In this document: positions 37,785 through 52,300 of the stretch, piece after piece
Layout of the letters: the number at the start of each line of letters is the position of its first letter
How positions within the stretch are numbered: position 1 is the stretch's first letter
Assembly (NCBI RefSeq): GCF_036365525.1
Contig: NC_090387.1
Location: 90,127,691-90,191,690, forward strand
DNA from: Heterodontus francisci
Taxonomy: Eukaryota
Direction: 5' to 3'
DNA: 64,000 nt
Program-made: the position numbers and the translations under genes
Notes under the pieces: model-generated
The model's database searches: none
What the model was told of the DNA's origin: nothing
What the model saw: only the letters and a program-made list of their open reading frames with translations

Positions 37785-39275
37785 CAATAAAAGCAAAACA
37801 CTGTGGATCCTGGAAATCTGAAATAAAAACAGAAAGTTCAGCATCTGTGGAGAGTGAAACAGAGTTAATGCTTCAGGTCTGTGACCTTTCATCAGAACTG
37901 ACAAGGGTTAGAAATGTAACTGGCTTTGAGCAAGTGAAAATGGAGCGAGGAGAAGAACAAACGGTAAAGTCTGTGATAGGGCAGAAGACAGGAGAGATTA
38001 AATGACAACGATGTCATGGAATAAAAGGCAAATGAAGCGGTAATAGCCGTAGTAAAAGAAAAAAGCATTTATCAGAAACAGTATTAATGGATGAATAATG
38101 AACAGCTCTATCCAAAAGCAGAAATATATTTAAAAAAACAAGTTTAAGGCTGTCACATGGTAGAAAAAAAGAATCAAAATGGCAGTCACGGTCTGAAGTT
38201 GAACTCAGTGTTGAGTTTAGTGGACTGTAGAATTCCTAATTGGAAGATGAGGTGCTGTCTTCAAACTTGCATTGAGCTTCATTGTAACACTGCAACAGGC
38301 CGAGGACATCAATGTGGGTGTGAGAGCAGGGTGATGTCAAGAAGGGAATGGTCCCTTCAGAATGCTGACAGGACAGGGGAGGGGAAGATGTGCTTGGTGG
38401 TGGCATCTCACTGGAGGGGGTCTAGAAATAGCAGAGAATGATCCTTTAGATGCGGAGGTTGGTGGGTGGAAAGTAAGGACATTGTCAAGGTTCGAGGAGG
38501 GAGAGGAAGGGGTGAGGGCAGAAGTGCGGGAAATAGGTCGGGCACCTTCGAGAACCCTGTCAACCATAGTGTTGGGGAATCCTCGGTTGAGGAAAAAGGA
38601 AGCACTGTTGTGGAAGTTTGCGTCATCAGAACAGGTGCGACTGAGATGGACAAACTGGGAGAATTGAATGAAGTCCTTACAGGAGGCAGGTTGTGAGGAA
38701 GCGTAGTTGAGGTAGTTGTGGGATTCAGTGGGCTTATAATGAATATCAGTAGCTTGTCTATTCCCAGAAATTGAGTCAGATAAGTCGAGGAAGGAAAGGG
38801 AAGTGTCCGAGATGGGTCATGTGAAGAGGAGAGAAGGGTGGAAATTAAAAGTGAAGTTGATGAAGTTTTCTAGTTCAGGTTGATAACGGGAAACAGCACC
38901 AATACAGTCATCAATGCCTCGGGAAAAGAGTTTGGGGAGGGGTCTGAGTATGCCTGGAACCAGGAATGTTCAGAATACGCCACAAAAGGGCAGGCATAAC
39001 TATACCGCCCCCCGCCAAAAAAAAAGACAGGCATAACGAGGACTCATGTAGGTACGCATAGAAACACCTTTTATTTGCAGGAAGTAAGTGGAGTTGAAGG
39101 AGAAGTTGCTGAGTATGAGAACAAGTTCAGCCAGGCGGAGGAGGGTGGTGGTGGATGGGAACTGGTTGGGCCTCTATTCATGGAAGAAGCAGAGAGCCCT
39201 CGGACTGTCTTGGTGGGGGACGGATGTGTAAAGAGATTGGATGTCCATAGTGAAGAGGAGGCGTTTAGTCTCATT
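37785..39275 (-). mobile_element. Penelope-like element fragment with terminal repeat
   Basis: VVDRVLEGARPISRTSALTPS and other RT remnants. Terminal repeat at 37785-37900 has a hammerhead-like core with one mismatch. Confidence 0.8.
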
Positions 39276-39974
39276 TTATTTCTTATCCCTGGGATTCAAC
39301 ATTGCTCGCCCCAACCAGGGTGCACAATGTGGTGGGTAACTCAACGCAGGTGGCGACAGCAGCCAAAACGATCCCAGTGGAGGAATAGAGCCCGGTGGCA
39401 GTGCTTATAGCCGCTAATTTGACCCACTTATCTTCTGTCTTGGGCTTTCTTCTCTGCTGTGGTTACCGGTCACTTTTTCCAGTTGCCGTGTACTCTGACC
39501 ATCTCCTCAGATGCTGCAGAGTGATCCACTGCCAAATGGCCGTTGTTCTCTGACGCGCTGTTTTGTTTTTTTGTGGCGGAGATATCACTAAGAGATGAGT
39601 TAGTTGTCGTTCGACAAATAAACATGGATCAGGTTCGAGATGTAGTCGGAAGAGCGGGTGGAAGTCCCACCTTCAAGCAATTCAGACCTAAAATGGAGAA
39701 TAAATTCACTGGTGCCCCCACCCCCTCTTACCAGGCCGCAGTCTTTAGAAATCAGCATCAGCCTATTTGACGACATGAATAATAAAAGCCGAGAGAGGGA
39801 ATACGTCGGTTTCAGCGCGGAGTCACTTGGAGCATATTGATCTAAAATATTATCTTTCTCAATGCTTCCCGACCTGCTCCGTGGCAATGTGACCCTCCCC
39901 CACCCCTTCCTTTATATCGCTTTTTCCAGTTATTTTATGTCATTGACTAATCATTAATTGTCTTCAACGTGTTG

Positions 39975-40255
39975 TGAACCTCTGACGTTAACGTGGCAAT
40001 TGGGATAAAGCGCATAAAGGCCGACCAATGGGACTTCGCTTTAACATCAGATTGCAGGGCCTGTTGACATAAGTTTATCACACACATTAAATACCTTATC
40101 GGCTCACATCCTGTCTGTTAATTAGTTTATCGGAAGCAGCTTTAGGCACGTGATAAACACCTCACCATATTATAAATCAGATCGGATTATCTACAAGCTA
40201 ATATTTCCAAGCCGTCAGAGTCGCAGTTCAATACCAGATCAGCAGCCATTGAACA
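39975..40255 (+). promoter_or_regulatory. Candidate promoter of gene B
   Basis: CRE-like TGACGTTA (39983-39990), CCAAT (~40026), CACATCCTG (ETS/RUNX-like on the minus strand, ~40105), CGGAAG (~40131), CACGTG (~40147). Confidence 0.35.
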
Positions 40256-40301
40256 ATGTTTGTGTGGCAGTGCATATGGGCCCTGGGGATTATTTGCGAA
40301 G
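40256..40301 (+). CDS. Gene B exon 1, signal peptide [15 protein letters not shown](G)
   Basis: ATG, donor AAG|GTATTC, homology to the gene A leader. Separated from the V exon by an N gap. Confidence 0.8.
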
Positions 40302-43300
40302 GTATTCTCCGTTATAATCAGCCCTTTTTCTTTGTTTCTTCCAATTAATCTTGTAGNNNNNNNNNNNNNNNNNNNNNNNNNNNNNNNNNNNNNNNNNNNN
40401 NNNNNNNNNNNNNNNNNNNNNNNNNNNNNNNNNNNNNNNNNNNNNNNNNNNNNNNNNNNNNNNNNNNNNNNNNNNNNNNNNNNNNNNNNNNNNNNNNNNN
40501 NNNNNNNNNNNNNNNNNNNNNNNNNNNNNNNNNNNNNNNNNNNNNNNNNNNNNNNNNNNNNNNNNNNNNNNNNNNCCATCTAACTATGCGTGCCCAAATA
40601 TATTTTATTTGTATTGTCTAACTACATTTTTAATATTTTATAGCTGCTTCCGGTCGGGTGTCACAAACTCCTGAACGCACCAGTGTGATGGCCGGTACAG
40701 ATGTTACTTTCCATTGCACGGCGAGCTCTGTTCAGAATAATTCAGATGTGCGTGGTTATTGGTGGAGACTTGGCGACAATGACTTACTGCAACCATCTTC
40801 TGACGGCAGAAAACGTTTTTTTCCCTTTAAGAACGGAACAACTTCCTTTCAGATCCTCAGTGTCCGTGTCTTCGACTCTGGATCCTATTACTGCGGAGTG
40901 AGATACACAGAAAACACAATCGTAAATGGAACCGGATCGAAACTTGTTGTGCTCGGTAAGCGGCCTTGGAGAGTTTTGCGACTGTTGCTATTGTAAGACG
41001 ATCATTGTAAAATAACGAAATGAGGCGGAGTGGCCGCGTTAATGAGACTTCTTTTCAAACACTGTACCTCTTGTTCAGATATTTGCAATGCAGATATAAT
41101 TGAAGCGCTTCAACTATATATAGAATTAATTAGAACGTATCATAAATTGATTTGATTATTTCGTGATTTTATCCATGACATCAGTTGATGTAAGTAATTA
41201 AGAAACATTATTTCAAATCAGTTCTGACGTTATATCACGGTTATCACCCATTATGATGTTTATTATCCAGTACATAAACGGTAAGTAGTTCTGGTTTCCA
41301 GAACACTACACTGAAGTGGGATCTGAAGGTTCACTGGATTGGATCCTGGGATGAGAGGGTTTTCCTGGGATGAGACTGAGAAAATAGGCTCTCTATTCTC
41401 TGGAGTTCAGAAAAATGAGTAGTGATCCCATTGAAACGGACACGATTCTGAACGGGCTTAACAGGGTAGACACTGACAGGTTGTTTCCCCTGGCTGGGAA
41501 TTTTGCATGCTAAAACTCGCGTGATAAGGAAAGTGATCGCCTCTAATTTCAGAGAATCTTAAAGTATAGAAACGGGCCTGTCGTTCCATCGTGCTGTGCA
41601 AGCTCTTTCAAAGAGCGAACCAGTTACTTCCACTCCCCTGCAATTCCCAAATTACTCTTTAAGTCTACCTTTTCAGTTATATCCAACTCCATTGTGAAAG
41701 TTACCATTGAATCTGTTTCCACCATGCTTTCAGGCAGGGCATTCCCGGTCATAACTATCAATGTGGAAATTGTGATTTCAAAAACTCGCATGGATCCTGT
41801 TACAATCATCTGGTTCATGGTTTGTATTAATTTTCTAGCGGTAACTTTTAATTTGGGAATTCAATTATTTTTTATTGTAAGACAAATGAAAAATCCTGGT
41901 TTGAGAAGCTGGCAAACAAACCGGGGGTGGTTACAAATTCAAGGGTGGTCCATGTTTATTTAATATTGGCAAGTGTAAAGACCCTACACATTGGGAACCC
42001 CTATTAATTTGTTGATGGAGATGGAGTGCCTACAGCTACCTCAGTCAGGGGTTTAAATTATTCATATGATTTCCCAGAACAGACAGAAGAACTAAAGTTC
42101 AAAAATCTCTCCATGAGTACTTACAGAGACAGTGTTAGAGATCCATAACGCCACAGCTGACCTCGTTTAGTTGGGCAATTGGAACCAGAAAGTTTGGGAG
42201 AGTTTGTTCTGTTATTGTTAGCAATATCAGTTATTCATGTAGGTATCAGGAATCAAACAGAAGACTTGGAGTTCGAAATAATGAGTTTAAATTGCTATCT
42301 GGGACATCCCATTTGTACCACCTGCTATAGAGATGGATGATGCATGGGGTGTCTGTTGGTTTTTTAATATGTATGCTTGCTGACAGACAAATATAAGGCT
42401 TTTGGAAAAGCAGTTGGCATTTAAACAAGAATTGGCTTTTGGAAAATGATGTTGGCTTTTGGAAAGCTGTTGGCATTTGGAAGTCAGTTGGATTCAGGCG
42501 CAAAGCAGCTCTCAGGAACCAGGAATGTGTCTGTTTTGAGGCAGGCTCATGCTCAAGCTGGGAAATCCAGATTCGTGATGTGTTGAATGTGAACTGGAGA
42601 GTTTGCTGGCCGAAGCTAGAGGGAGAATTCCCTGGTCATCTAAAACTTCGGAGACAGCTGAGAAATTAATGAAATCGAAATGAATTCCTAAGAGCTGTGA
42701 AATACTTTGGATTGGCCCCAGGAAAAGTGAACAAACGGCTAAGACCCTGTTACGTATTGGGAAATTCTTGGGGTGGAAGTTACAGTCAAATAGCAGTGTT
42801 CTGTTGACATATCGAGTCTGAAGTATATATCTTCATGTTCTGATTTAAGTTCTGTTTTAAGTTTAACATATAAGTACTTACAAATTGTACTGTTAAATTA
42901 GTAGTGTTTTGCTTTGTTTAACTCTTGTACAGTAAAGTTTTTTTTAAGACCTGGAATTTTGTGGCATAATTTACCAACAATAACGGGGAATTCGACTTTC
43001 TCTTTCTGAAAGTTAACAGTCCCGAACGGGATCATAACAAAACTGATACAATTAAGCTATTTGGTTCTCGTGTAAGTAGATTTTAAGGCGAAAGTTGCAG
43101 AGGTTGAACTGGCTGTAAAAGTAAAGACTGAACGAGCAGATGGATCAAATCCTGAAATATGGCATCAATTGTGTTATCAATTGTGTAAAAACATATCTTC
43201 TTTAATTCGTTACCCTCTGCTTGCCGACCCTCCTGCTACCAGAAATAATTATTTATTCAAGCAAAACCCCTCATCATCTTGGGCACCTCCAGTAAAACTC

Positions 43301-46300
43301 CCCTTAACCTTTTTTTGTTCTAAGAAAGACAATCTTAGTTTATCGAGTCTCTCCACAAAACTCAAGTCCCTCATCCTTGTTATGATTCTAGTGAATCTAT
43401 TCTGCACCATCTTCAAGAGCTTAACATCATTAGAGCCCCACTGTCCAACACCCAATGAACCGCGACAAGTGATTTTGTTACTAGGGGTACATTCTAAGTT
43501 AAAAGCTGTCAATAACACCCATCCTGAACCCATCAAGAGACATTTTTAATTTGAATGGATTCTTCTAAAACGAAGAAGATGTGAAGTAGCCACGTCCTAG
43601 GCCATTGTCAGTCACCACAGCGAAGAGGTTCTATGTCCCAACACAGAGGCAAGATATGAGACCATTTTGACCTTAAATGCAGCTTCCTGTAGAGACTGAG
43701 AGGGAGACCTTTATGTTTTAATTGTCATGTAGATGGTTCCAGGTTTCCTTGGGGATTTAAAACAGAAGATTAATTATTTTTTGAGCAACATTCACTCCCG
43801 AAATGGTCGCAACTGCACCCACAGATGCATTCACTCACGTGCACGCATGCATGCACACAAACACACAGACAAAAAGAGACAGATGGAGAGGAAAAGAGAA
43901 AAGGGGTTTGAAGTGAGTTAGGATTTTGGTGTCCTGCCTTCACATTGAGGATACCCTCTATAGTGTTGCGTGGCACTACCACCGTGCTAAATGGAACAGA
44001 TTTCAAACAGATTTAGCAGTGCAAATTTGGACGTCCATGAGACGCTGTGGGCCATCTGCAGCAGTAAAATTGTACTCAAACACAATCTGTAACCTCATGG
44101 CCTGGCATATCCCCCATTCCACCATTACCATCAAGCCGGGAGACCAACAATGGTTTAATGAAGAGTGCAGGAGAGCATGCCAGGAGCAGCACCCGACATA
44201 CCTCAAAATGAGGTGTCACCTTGGTGAAGCTACAACCCAGGACTACTTGTGTGCCAAACTGTGTAAGCAGCATGCAATAGACAGAGTTAAGTGATCCCAT
44301 AAGCAAATGATCAGATCTAAACTCTGTAGCCCTGCCACTTCCAGCCGTGAATGGTGGTGGACAATTAAACAACTAACTGGAGGAAGAGGCTCCAGAAATA
44401 TGCTCATTCCCATTGTTGGGGTGACCCAGCACATCATTGTAAAAGATAAGGTTGAAGCATTTGCAACAATCTTTAGCCAGAAGTGCCAAGTGGATTATCC
44501 ATCTCGGCCTCCTCCTGAAATCCCCAGCATCACAGATGCCAGACTTCAGCCAATTCGATTCACTCCACGTGATATCAAGAAACGACTGAACGCACTGGAT
44601 ACTGTAAAGACGATGGGCCCTGACAACATTCCAGCAACAGTACTGAAGACCTATGCTCCAGAATTTTCTCGTGACACTGGCCAAGCTGCTCCAGTACAGC
44701 TACAACACTGGCAACTATCCGGCAATGTGGAAAATTGCCCAGGTATGTCCTGCACATAAAAGGCAGGACATGTCGAACCCGGCCAATATTTGCCCCATCA
44801 GCCTACTCTCAATCATCAGTAAAGTCATGGAAGGTGTCATCGACAGTGCCTTCAAGCAGCACTTGCCCTGCAATAACCTGCTCAGTGATGCTCAGTTTGG
44901 GTTCCGCCAGGGCCACTCAGCTCTTGACCTTTTTACAGCCTCGGTTCAAACATGGACAAAAGAGCTGAACTCCAGAGGTGAGGTGAGAGTGACTGCTATT
45001 GACATCAAGGCAGCATTTGACCGAGTACGGCATCAAGGAGCCCTGACAAAAACTGGACTCAATGGGAATTAGGAGGAAAACTCTCTGCTGGTTGGATTCA
45101 TACCTAGCACAAAAGATGATGGTTGTGGTTATTGGAAGTCAATCATCTCAACTTCAGGATATCAAAGCAGGGGTTCCACAGGGTAGCGTCCTAGGCCCAA
45201 CCATCTTCAGCTGCTTCTTCAATGATCTTCCCTCCATCATAAGGTCAGAAGTGGGGATGTTCGCTGAAGATTGCACAATGTTCAGCAGCATTCATGACTC
45301 GTCACAGACTGAAGCAGTCCGTGTAGAAATGCAGTAAGACCTGGACAATATCCAGGCTTGGGCTGATAAGTGGCAAGTAACATTTGCGCCACACAAGTGC
45401 CAGGCAATGACCATCGCAAACAAAGGAGAATCTAACAATCATCTCTTGACATTCAATGGCATTACCATCGCTGAATCATCTACTATCAACATTCTGGGGG
45501 TTACCATTGACCAGAAACTGAACTGAAGTAGCCATATAAATACTATGGCTACAACAGCAGATCAGAGGCTAGGAATCCTGCGGCGAGTAACTCATCTTCT
45601 GACTCCCCAAAGCCTGTCCACCTTCTACAAGGCACAAGTCAGGAGTATGATGGAATAATATCCACTTGCCAGAATGGGTGCAGCTCCAACAACACTCAAG
45701 AAGCTCCACATTATCCAGAACAAAGCAGCCCACTTGATTGTAACATCCACAAATATGCACTCCAGCCATCACTGATGCACGGTGGCAGCAGTGTGTACCA
45801 TCTACAAGATGCACTGCAGCAACATACCAAGGCTCCTTAGACAGCACCTTCCAAACCCGCAACCTCTACCAACTAGAAGAACAAGGGCAGCAAATGCATG
45901 AGAGCACCACCACCTGCAAGTTCCCCTCCAAGTCACACTCCATCCCGACTTGGAACTGTATCACCGTTCTTTCACTGTCGCTGGTCCAAAATCGTAGTAC
46001 TCCCTTCCTAATAGCACTGTGGTGGACCAACCCCCACATGGACAGCAGCGGTTCAAGAAGACAGCTCACCACCACCTTCTCAAGTGTAATTAGGAATGGG
46101 CAATAAATGCTGGCCTAGCCTGTGACACCCACAGCCCCATAAATGAATAAGTAAAAAAGAACATTCCTTCAAGGCACAAAAACCCCAAAAGTAAAGGCAG
46201 TCAACCGTGAATAACAAAGGATTGTATATGATTAAAAGAAAAGGCCTATGAAGTTGTCAGAACTAGTAGTAAACCTGCAGATTGGGAGGATTTTAGAATA

Positions 46301-49300
46301 CAGCAAAGGAGGACCAAGAAACTGATAAAGAAAGGGAGAATAGAATATGAATGTAAGCTAGCAAAAAATATAAAAACGGACTGTAAAAACTTCTATTGGT
46401 ACGTAAAAAGGAAACGTTTGGCTCAGACAGGCAGAGTCAGGAGAATATATAATGGGGAATAGAGAAATGGCAGAGAAGTTAAATGATTACTTTGTGTCTG
46501 TTTTCACCGAGAAACGTACAAGAAATCTCCCCAAATTAGAGATCCAAGGGATTATGGGGGATGAGGAATTGAAGGAAATTAATATTAGTAAGAAGGTTGT
46601 ATTGGAGAAATTAATGGGGCTGAAGACTGATAAGTCCCCAGGATCAGTTATTCTACATCGCAGAGTGTTGAAAGAGGTAGCTATGGAGATAGTGGAGGCA
46701 TTGGCGATTATTTTCCAAACTGCAGCATAGATTCTGAAGCGGTTCCTGCAGATTGGAAGGTCGCAGATGTCACTCCACTATTTAAGAAGGGAGGGAGAGA
46801 GAAAATAGGGAATTACAGACCTGTTCGTCTTACACTGGTCGTTGGGAAAATGATGAAATCTATTCTAAATTCTGTGATAAATGGACACTTGGATAATAAT
46901 GATCTGATTGGGCCCAGTCAACATGGATTTATGAATGGGAAATCATGTTTGGCGAAGCTCTTGCTGTTTTTGATGATGTTACTAAAAGAATTGAGAAAGG
47001 AGCAATTGACTTGGATTTTCTGAAGGCTTTTTATAAAGTCCCCCACAGGAGGCTGGTTCACAACATTAAAGCACATGGGATAGGAGGTAATATTTCTGAT
47101 AGTGACAGTTTGTTTGTCAGGATGGAAGTGGCTGTGATTGGTTATTCAGATACTTATTTCATTCAACTCCACTGATGATTAGCCCAAACCTCACTTTCTG
47201 CTGTTCGTTCAGAATAACTTTTTTTCTGTCAAGTTATTCTTTTTTCTCTCTTTACAGTTTTGGGCAGAATTTTTTTTTCTGAGCTCAAAATGGTCCCGGG
47301 ATCAATGTATGACTTGTGTGGACGTAATAATTTTTCCCATTTGTTACAAATGTAAAATCTTAACGTGAACAGTTTGACTCAATATTACCTAAATAAATAT
47401 TGCCTGTTTCACAGAATCACAGAATTGTTACAGCACAGAAGGAGACCATTCGGCCCATCGTGTCTGCAGCGGCTTTCTGAGTGAGCAATTCACGTAGTGC
47501 GATTCCCTTGCCTTCTCCCCAAAACCCTGTGCATTCTTCCTTTTTCAAGTAACTACTTAATTCTCTTTTGAAAGTCTCGATTGAACCTACATCCTCCACA
47601 CTCTCTGGCAGCACATTCCAGATCCTAGCTACCAGCTATATGAAGAGTTTTTCCTCATGCCGTCATTGCTTCTTTTGCCAACTACCTTAAATCTGTGCCC
47701 TCTCATTTTTGATCTTTTCACGAGCACGAACAGTTTCTCTGTATCTATTCTGTCCAGACCTCTCATGATTTTGAATTCCTCTATTATATCTCCTCTCAGC
47801 CTTCTTTTCTTCAGGAGAAACAGTCCCAAATTCTCCAATCTATCTTCATTAGTCCCAAATTCTCCAATCTATCTTCATAAATTAAGTTCGTTATCCCTGA
47901 AACCATTCTCATGAATCTCTCCAATGACTTCAAATCTTTCCTCAATGTGGCACCCAAAACTGGACGCAATACTCCAGCTGAGGCTGAACTAGTGTCTTAT
48001 ACAAGTTCAACATAAGCAACTTGCTCTTGTGCTCCATGCCCCTATTAATAAAGCCTAGGATGCTGTATGCTTTACTAACCACGCTCTCAACCTGTCCTGC
48101 CATCTTCAATGACTTACACGCACGCCCCCCTGTTCCTGCACTCATATTAGAGTTGTATCTTTTATTCTATATTGTCTCTCCAGGGTCTTCCTACCAAAAT
48201 AGTAGGAAGGCCATGGTCTTCCTTCACATTTCTCCGCATTGAATTTCATCTGCTACTTGCCCGCCCATTCCACCAGCTTGTCTATGTCCTTTTGAAGTTC
48301 TGCACTATCCTCCTTACAGTTTACAATGCTTCCAAGTTTCGTATCATCTGCACATGTTAAAATTGTGCTCTGGACACGAAGGTCTAAGTTATGAATATAT
48401 ATATATCAGGAAGAGCAAGGGTCCCAATACTGAACCCTGGGGAACACCACTACAAACCTTCCTCCAGTCCGAAAAACATCCATTCACCACTATTGCCTGT
48501 TTCCTGTCACACAGCCAATTTTCGTATCCATGTTGCTGTCTCTTTTATTCCATGAGCTATAACTTTGATCTAAAGTCTGCTGCGTTGCACTGTATCAAAC
48601 GTCTTTTGCACGTCCACATCAACAGCACTGCCCTCATCAACCCTCTCAGTTACAAATTCAAAAAACTCCATCAAGTTAGTTAAACACGATTTTCCCTTAA
48701 CAAATCCATACTGACTTTCCTTTTGTCCCTGTGACTATTAATTTTGTCCTGAATTATTGTTTCTAGACGTTTACCCACCACCGAAGTTAAACTGACTGGC
48801 CTGGAGTTGCTGGGTTTATCTTTACATCATTTTTTCAACAAAGGTATAACATTTGCAATTATCCAGTCCTCTGACCCACCCCTGTGTCTAAGGAGGACTG
48901 GAAAATTATGACCCGGTCCTCCGCAATTTCTACTCTCACCTCCCTCAGTATCCTTGGATGTATCTCAAACGGTCCTGCTGTTTTATCAACTTTTAGTATA
49001 GACAGCCGACCTAATCCCTCTTCCTTATCAATTTAAATCCTAGTGTATTAATTGCCCACTATTTCACCGTGATCTGGGTAGCATCTTATTCCTTGATAAA
49101 GACAGATACAAATATTCATTTAATACCTCAACTATTCCCCCACCTCCATGTATGCGTTTAATGGAGAGGTGATGGCATAGTGGTAATGTCAATAAACTGG
49201 TAATCCAACAATCTGGGCGAATATCCCAGGAGGCACAAGTTCAAATCCAACCATGGCAACTGGTGGAATTTAAATTCAGTTAGCTAATTTAAGAAAATCT

Positions 49301-52300
49301 GTAATTTAAAGCTGGTCTTCTAGTGCCATGAAACTATCATCGATAGTCATAGAAACCCATCCGATTCACCAATGTTTGTAAGAGAAGGATATCTTAACTG
49401 CCCTCCGAAATGGCCAAGCATGCCACTCAGTTGTCAATGGCAATTAGAGATGGGCAACAAATGCCAGCGATGCCGACATCCATGAAAGAACTTTCCAAAA
49501 AAATCCCCCTTTTGGACCCTAATCGGCCCTCCTCCTCCTTTTACTATTAATATGTCTATCCCTGTCATTCTCTTTTCATACTCCTTCTTTGCTTCTCTTA
49601 TTTGCTTTTTCACTTCTCCTCTGAACCTTCTATATTCAACGTGTCTCTCCATTGTATTATCTATTTTGCATCTGTCATAATCACACGTTTTATTCTTCAT
49701 CTTCATTTTTATCTATTTTGTTATCCATGGAGCTCTGTTTGCTATACCTTTGCACTTTGAAGGTAATATATCTTGACTGTGCCTGATATATCTCTTCTTT
49801 GAAGGTAGCCCAATGTTCTGCTACCATTTTCTGCCAACCTTTCATTCCAATTTATTCGACCCAGATCCATTCTTACCCCATTGAAGTTGGCTTTCCCCCA
49901 GTTAATTATTCTTACTCTAGACTGTTCTTTCTCATAGACAACATAAACCTTATGATACAATGATTACTGTGCCCAAAATGCTTTCCAACTGATATTTGAT
50001 CGCCTCCTTTCTCATTGGACTGGAAACATTCTGCTGTAGAAATTTTTCCTGAACACAGTCGAGGAACTCTTCCACTCTCTACCCATTCCACTACTATACC
50101 CCAGTCTATATTCAGATAATTAAAGTCCCCCATTATAGCATCCAGTCCTACCTTTCTTTGAGCTAGGTATCTGTTATAGCCGCAACATCATACTCCCACA
50201 TGTCAATTTGCACCTGTAATTCACCAATCTTATTAACTACACTCCGTTCATTCATGTACATGCACATTAACCCTGATTTAAACTTCATTACTTGCTCCCT
50301 TACTCTGGCCCCATCTTATAACTTATTATTCCTTTATCTGGTGCTATCTATCTCTTCCAATATGATGTGCATCTTGGTAGTACTAACACTCTCACCTTAT
50401 GCACCTTATTCCTCTTATTTTACCTTTATACGCTGGTGCCCGCCCGTCCCCACCCCCCACCCCCCCTCCACCCCCCACCCCCACCCCGCACCCACTTGAA
50501 ATTTAGTTTAAACCCGCCCCAACCACACTTGTGAACCTCCCCGCGAGGATATAGGTCCCAGTCCAGTTGAGGTGCAACCCTTTCCTTTTGAATAGGTGTC
50601 TCCTGCCCTCGAACTGGTTCCAATGCCCCAAAAATCTGAAGCCCTCCTTCCTGCCCCATGCTTCAAGCCACGCATTGATCCTCCTTATATTCCTATTTCT
50701 ACTCTTGCTAGTATGTGGCACTGGGAGTAATCTAGAGATTACAAACCTCGAGGTCCTACTCTTTACCTTCCTCCCTAGCTCCTGAAAATCTGACAGTAGT
50801 GCCTCAATACCTGCCCTTGCTATGTCGTTGGTACCAACATGCACCACAATTTATTTAAACCTACCTAAAACAAAACTGAGCAAAAAGATACTGACGTTCA
50901 GTGTAAAGGTGATTTCTGCGTGGACTAAGGTCAAAGCGGCGATGGCCTGTGTGTCTGGTCGCACAAAATACTTTCTCCGATTAGCGCAATACTGTTTTAA
51001 ATTGTCCGCATGTTATACTAGAACGTTAATGGGAGAATCAAGTTCAGAAATACAAACCAGAAATGCTGGAACCACTCAGCAGGTCTGGCAGCATCTGTGG
51101 AAAAAGAAGCAGAGTTAAGGTTTCGGGTCAGTGACCCTTCTTCGGAACCTGAAGAAGGGTCACTGACCCGAAACCTTAACTCTGCTTCTCTTTCCACAGA
51201 TGCTGCCAGACCTGCTGAGTGGATCCAGCATTTCTTGTTTTTATTTCAGATTTCCAGCATACGCAGTATTTTGCTTTAATTTGAATCAAGTTTAGAGTTG
51301 GGAAGTAACTAAAGTTTAATTTGGAATTATCCTATCATTCAAGAAGCAGATAGCGAATTCTATCAGTGATTTATTTTTTTACCTGTGACCCAGAGTCGTG
51401 CCGTTATATTCAGGAAGACTGGATGCCAAACAGAACTAAAATAGCTAAGTCCAGATGATCAGTGTATGCTTGTTCCACAGCTTCCCCGGAGCCCGTGAGA
51501 CTGGTTCCCAAAGCAGCCGGAACCAACTCATCTACTCTAACACTTGTGTGTGAAACAGCCGAGTTCTACCCGGAGGGTCTCACCTTCACTTGGTATATAA
51601 ATGACATCAACATTGTGATGGGGATCAGCACCATTAAAAAGCTCAATTCGGAGGGAATGTATGAAGCTTCCAGCAGTTTGAAAGCATCACAGCCAGCCCA
51701 GAGCAGGGCTGTTTATACCTGCGTGGTATCTCACCGCACACTGCAGAGTCCAGCTGTCGCTGTTTACTTTGATTCCAATTCTAATTCAGGTAAGATGCTG
51801 ACATTTGTGCAGATATTGTCAGTCACTGACTACTATCGATCTGTTTTATTTGTGTTCAATCCTTTTAAAGATTGATCTTATTTGCGGAGTTGTAAAGCAG
51901 ATAAAATACATTTCCCACCGCCGGAGGAATAGAGTGTAATTGATGCAGATCATAATTATAAACTGAATTAAATGAATCTTTAGCAGATTCAATTCCTCGT
52001 TATTTAACAGAGATAGAAATACACAGAATTCCTTATTCTCATTTGTTGAAGTATTTTTTTGTTTACTGATTCCATGATATCACAGGCGGATGAAGAATAA
52101 CGCTGCGACTTGCGACACAGTCTTCATAACTTCAAAGCTCATCATTGGCGTGGTCGGTGAAAATCCAACAATTGTATTTTAACCCTGAAACGTAGATAAT
52201 ATGCGTTCTGGATTCACTTTCAGAGGAAACATGAATCAATGAAACTATATTGTGTATCGAATTAATGAAATCAGCTGGGGCAAGTTAACAGTCTCAAGTC

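Noticed and set aside
50503-50847. Host esterase/lipase gene
   Set aside because: It is the known SGNH esterase of CR1 ORF1, colinear with APE-RT remnants.
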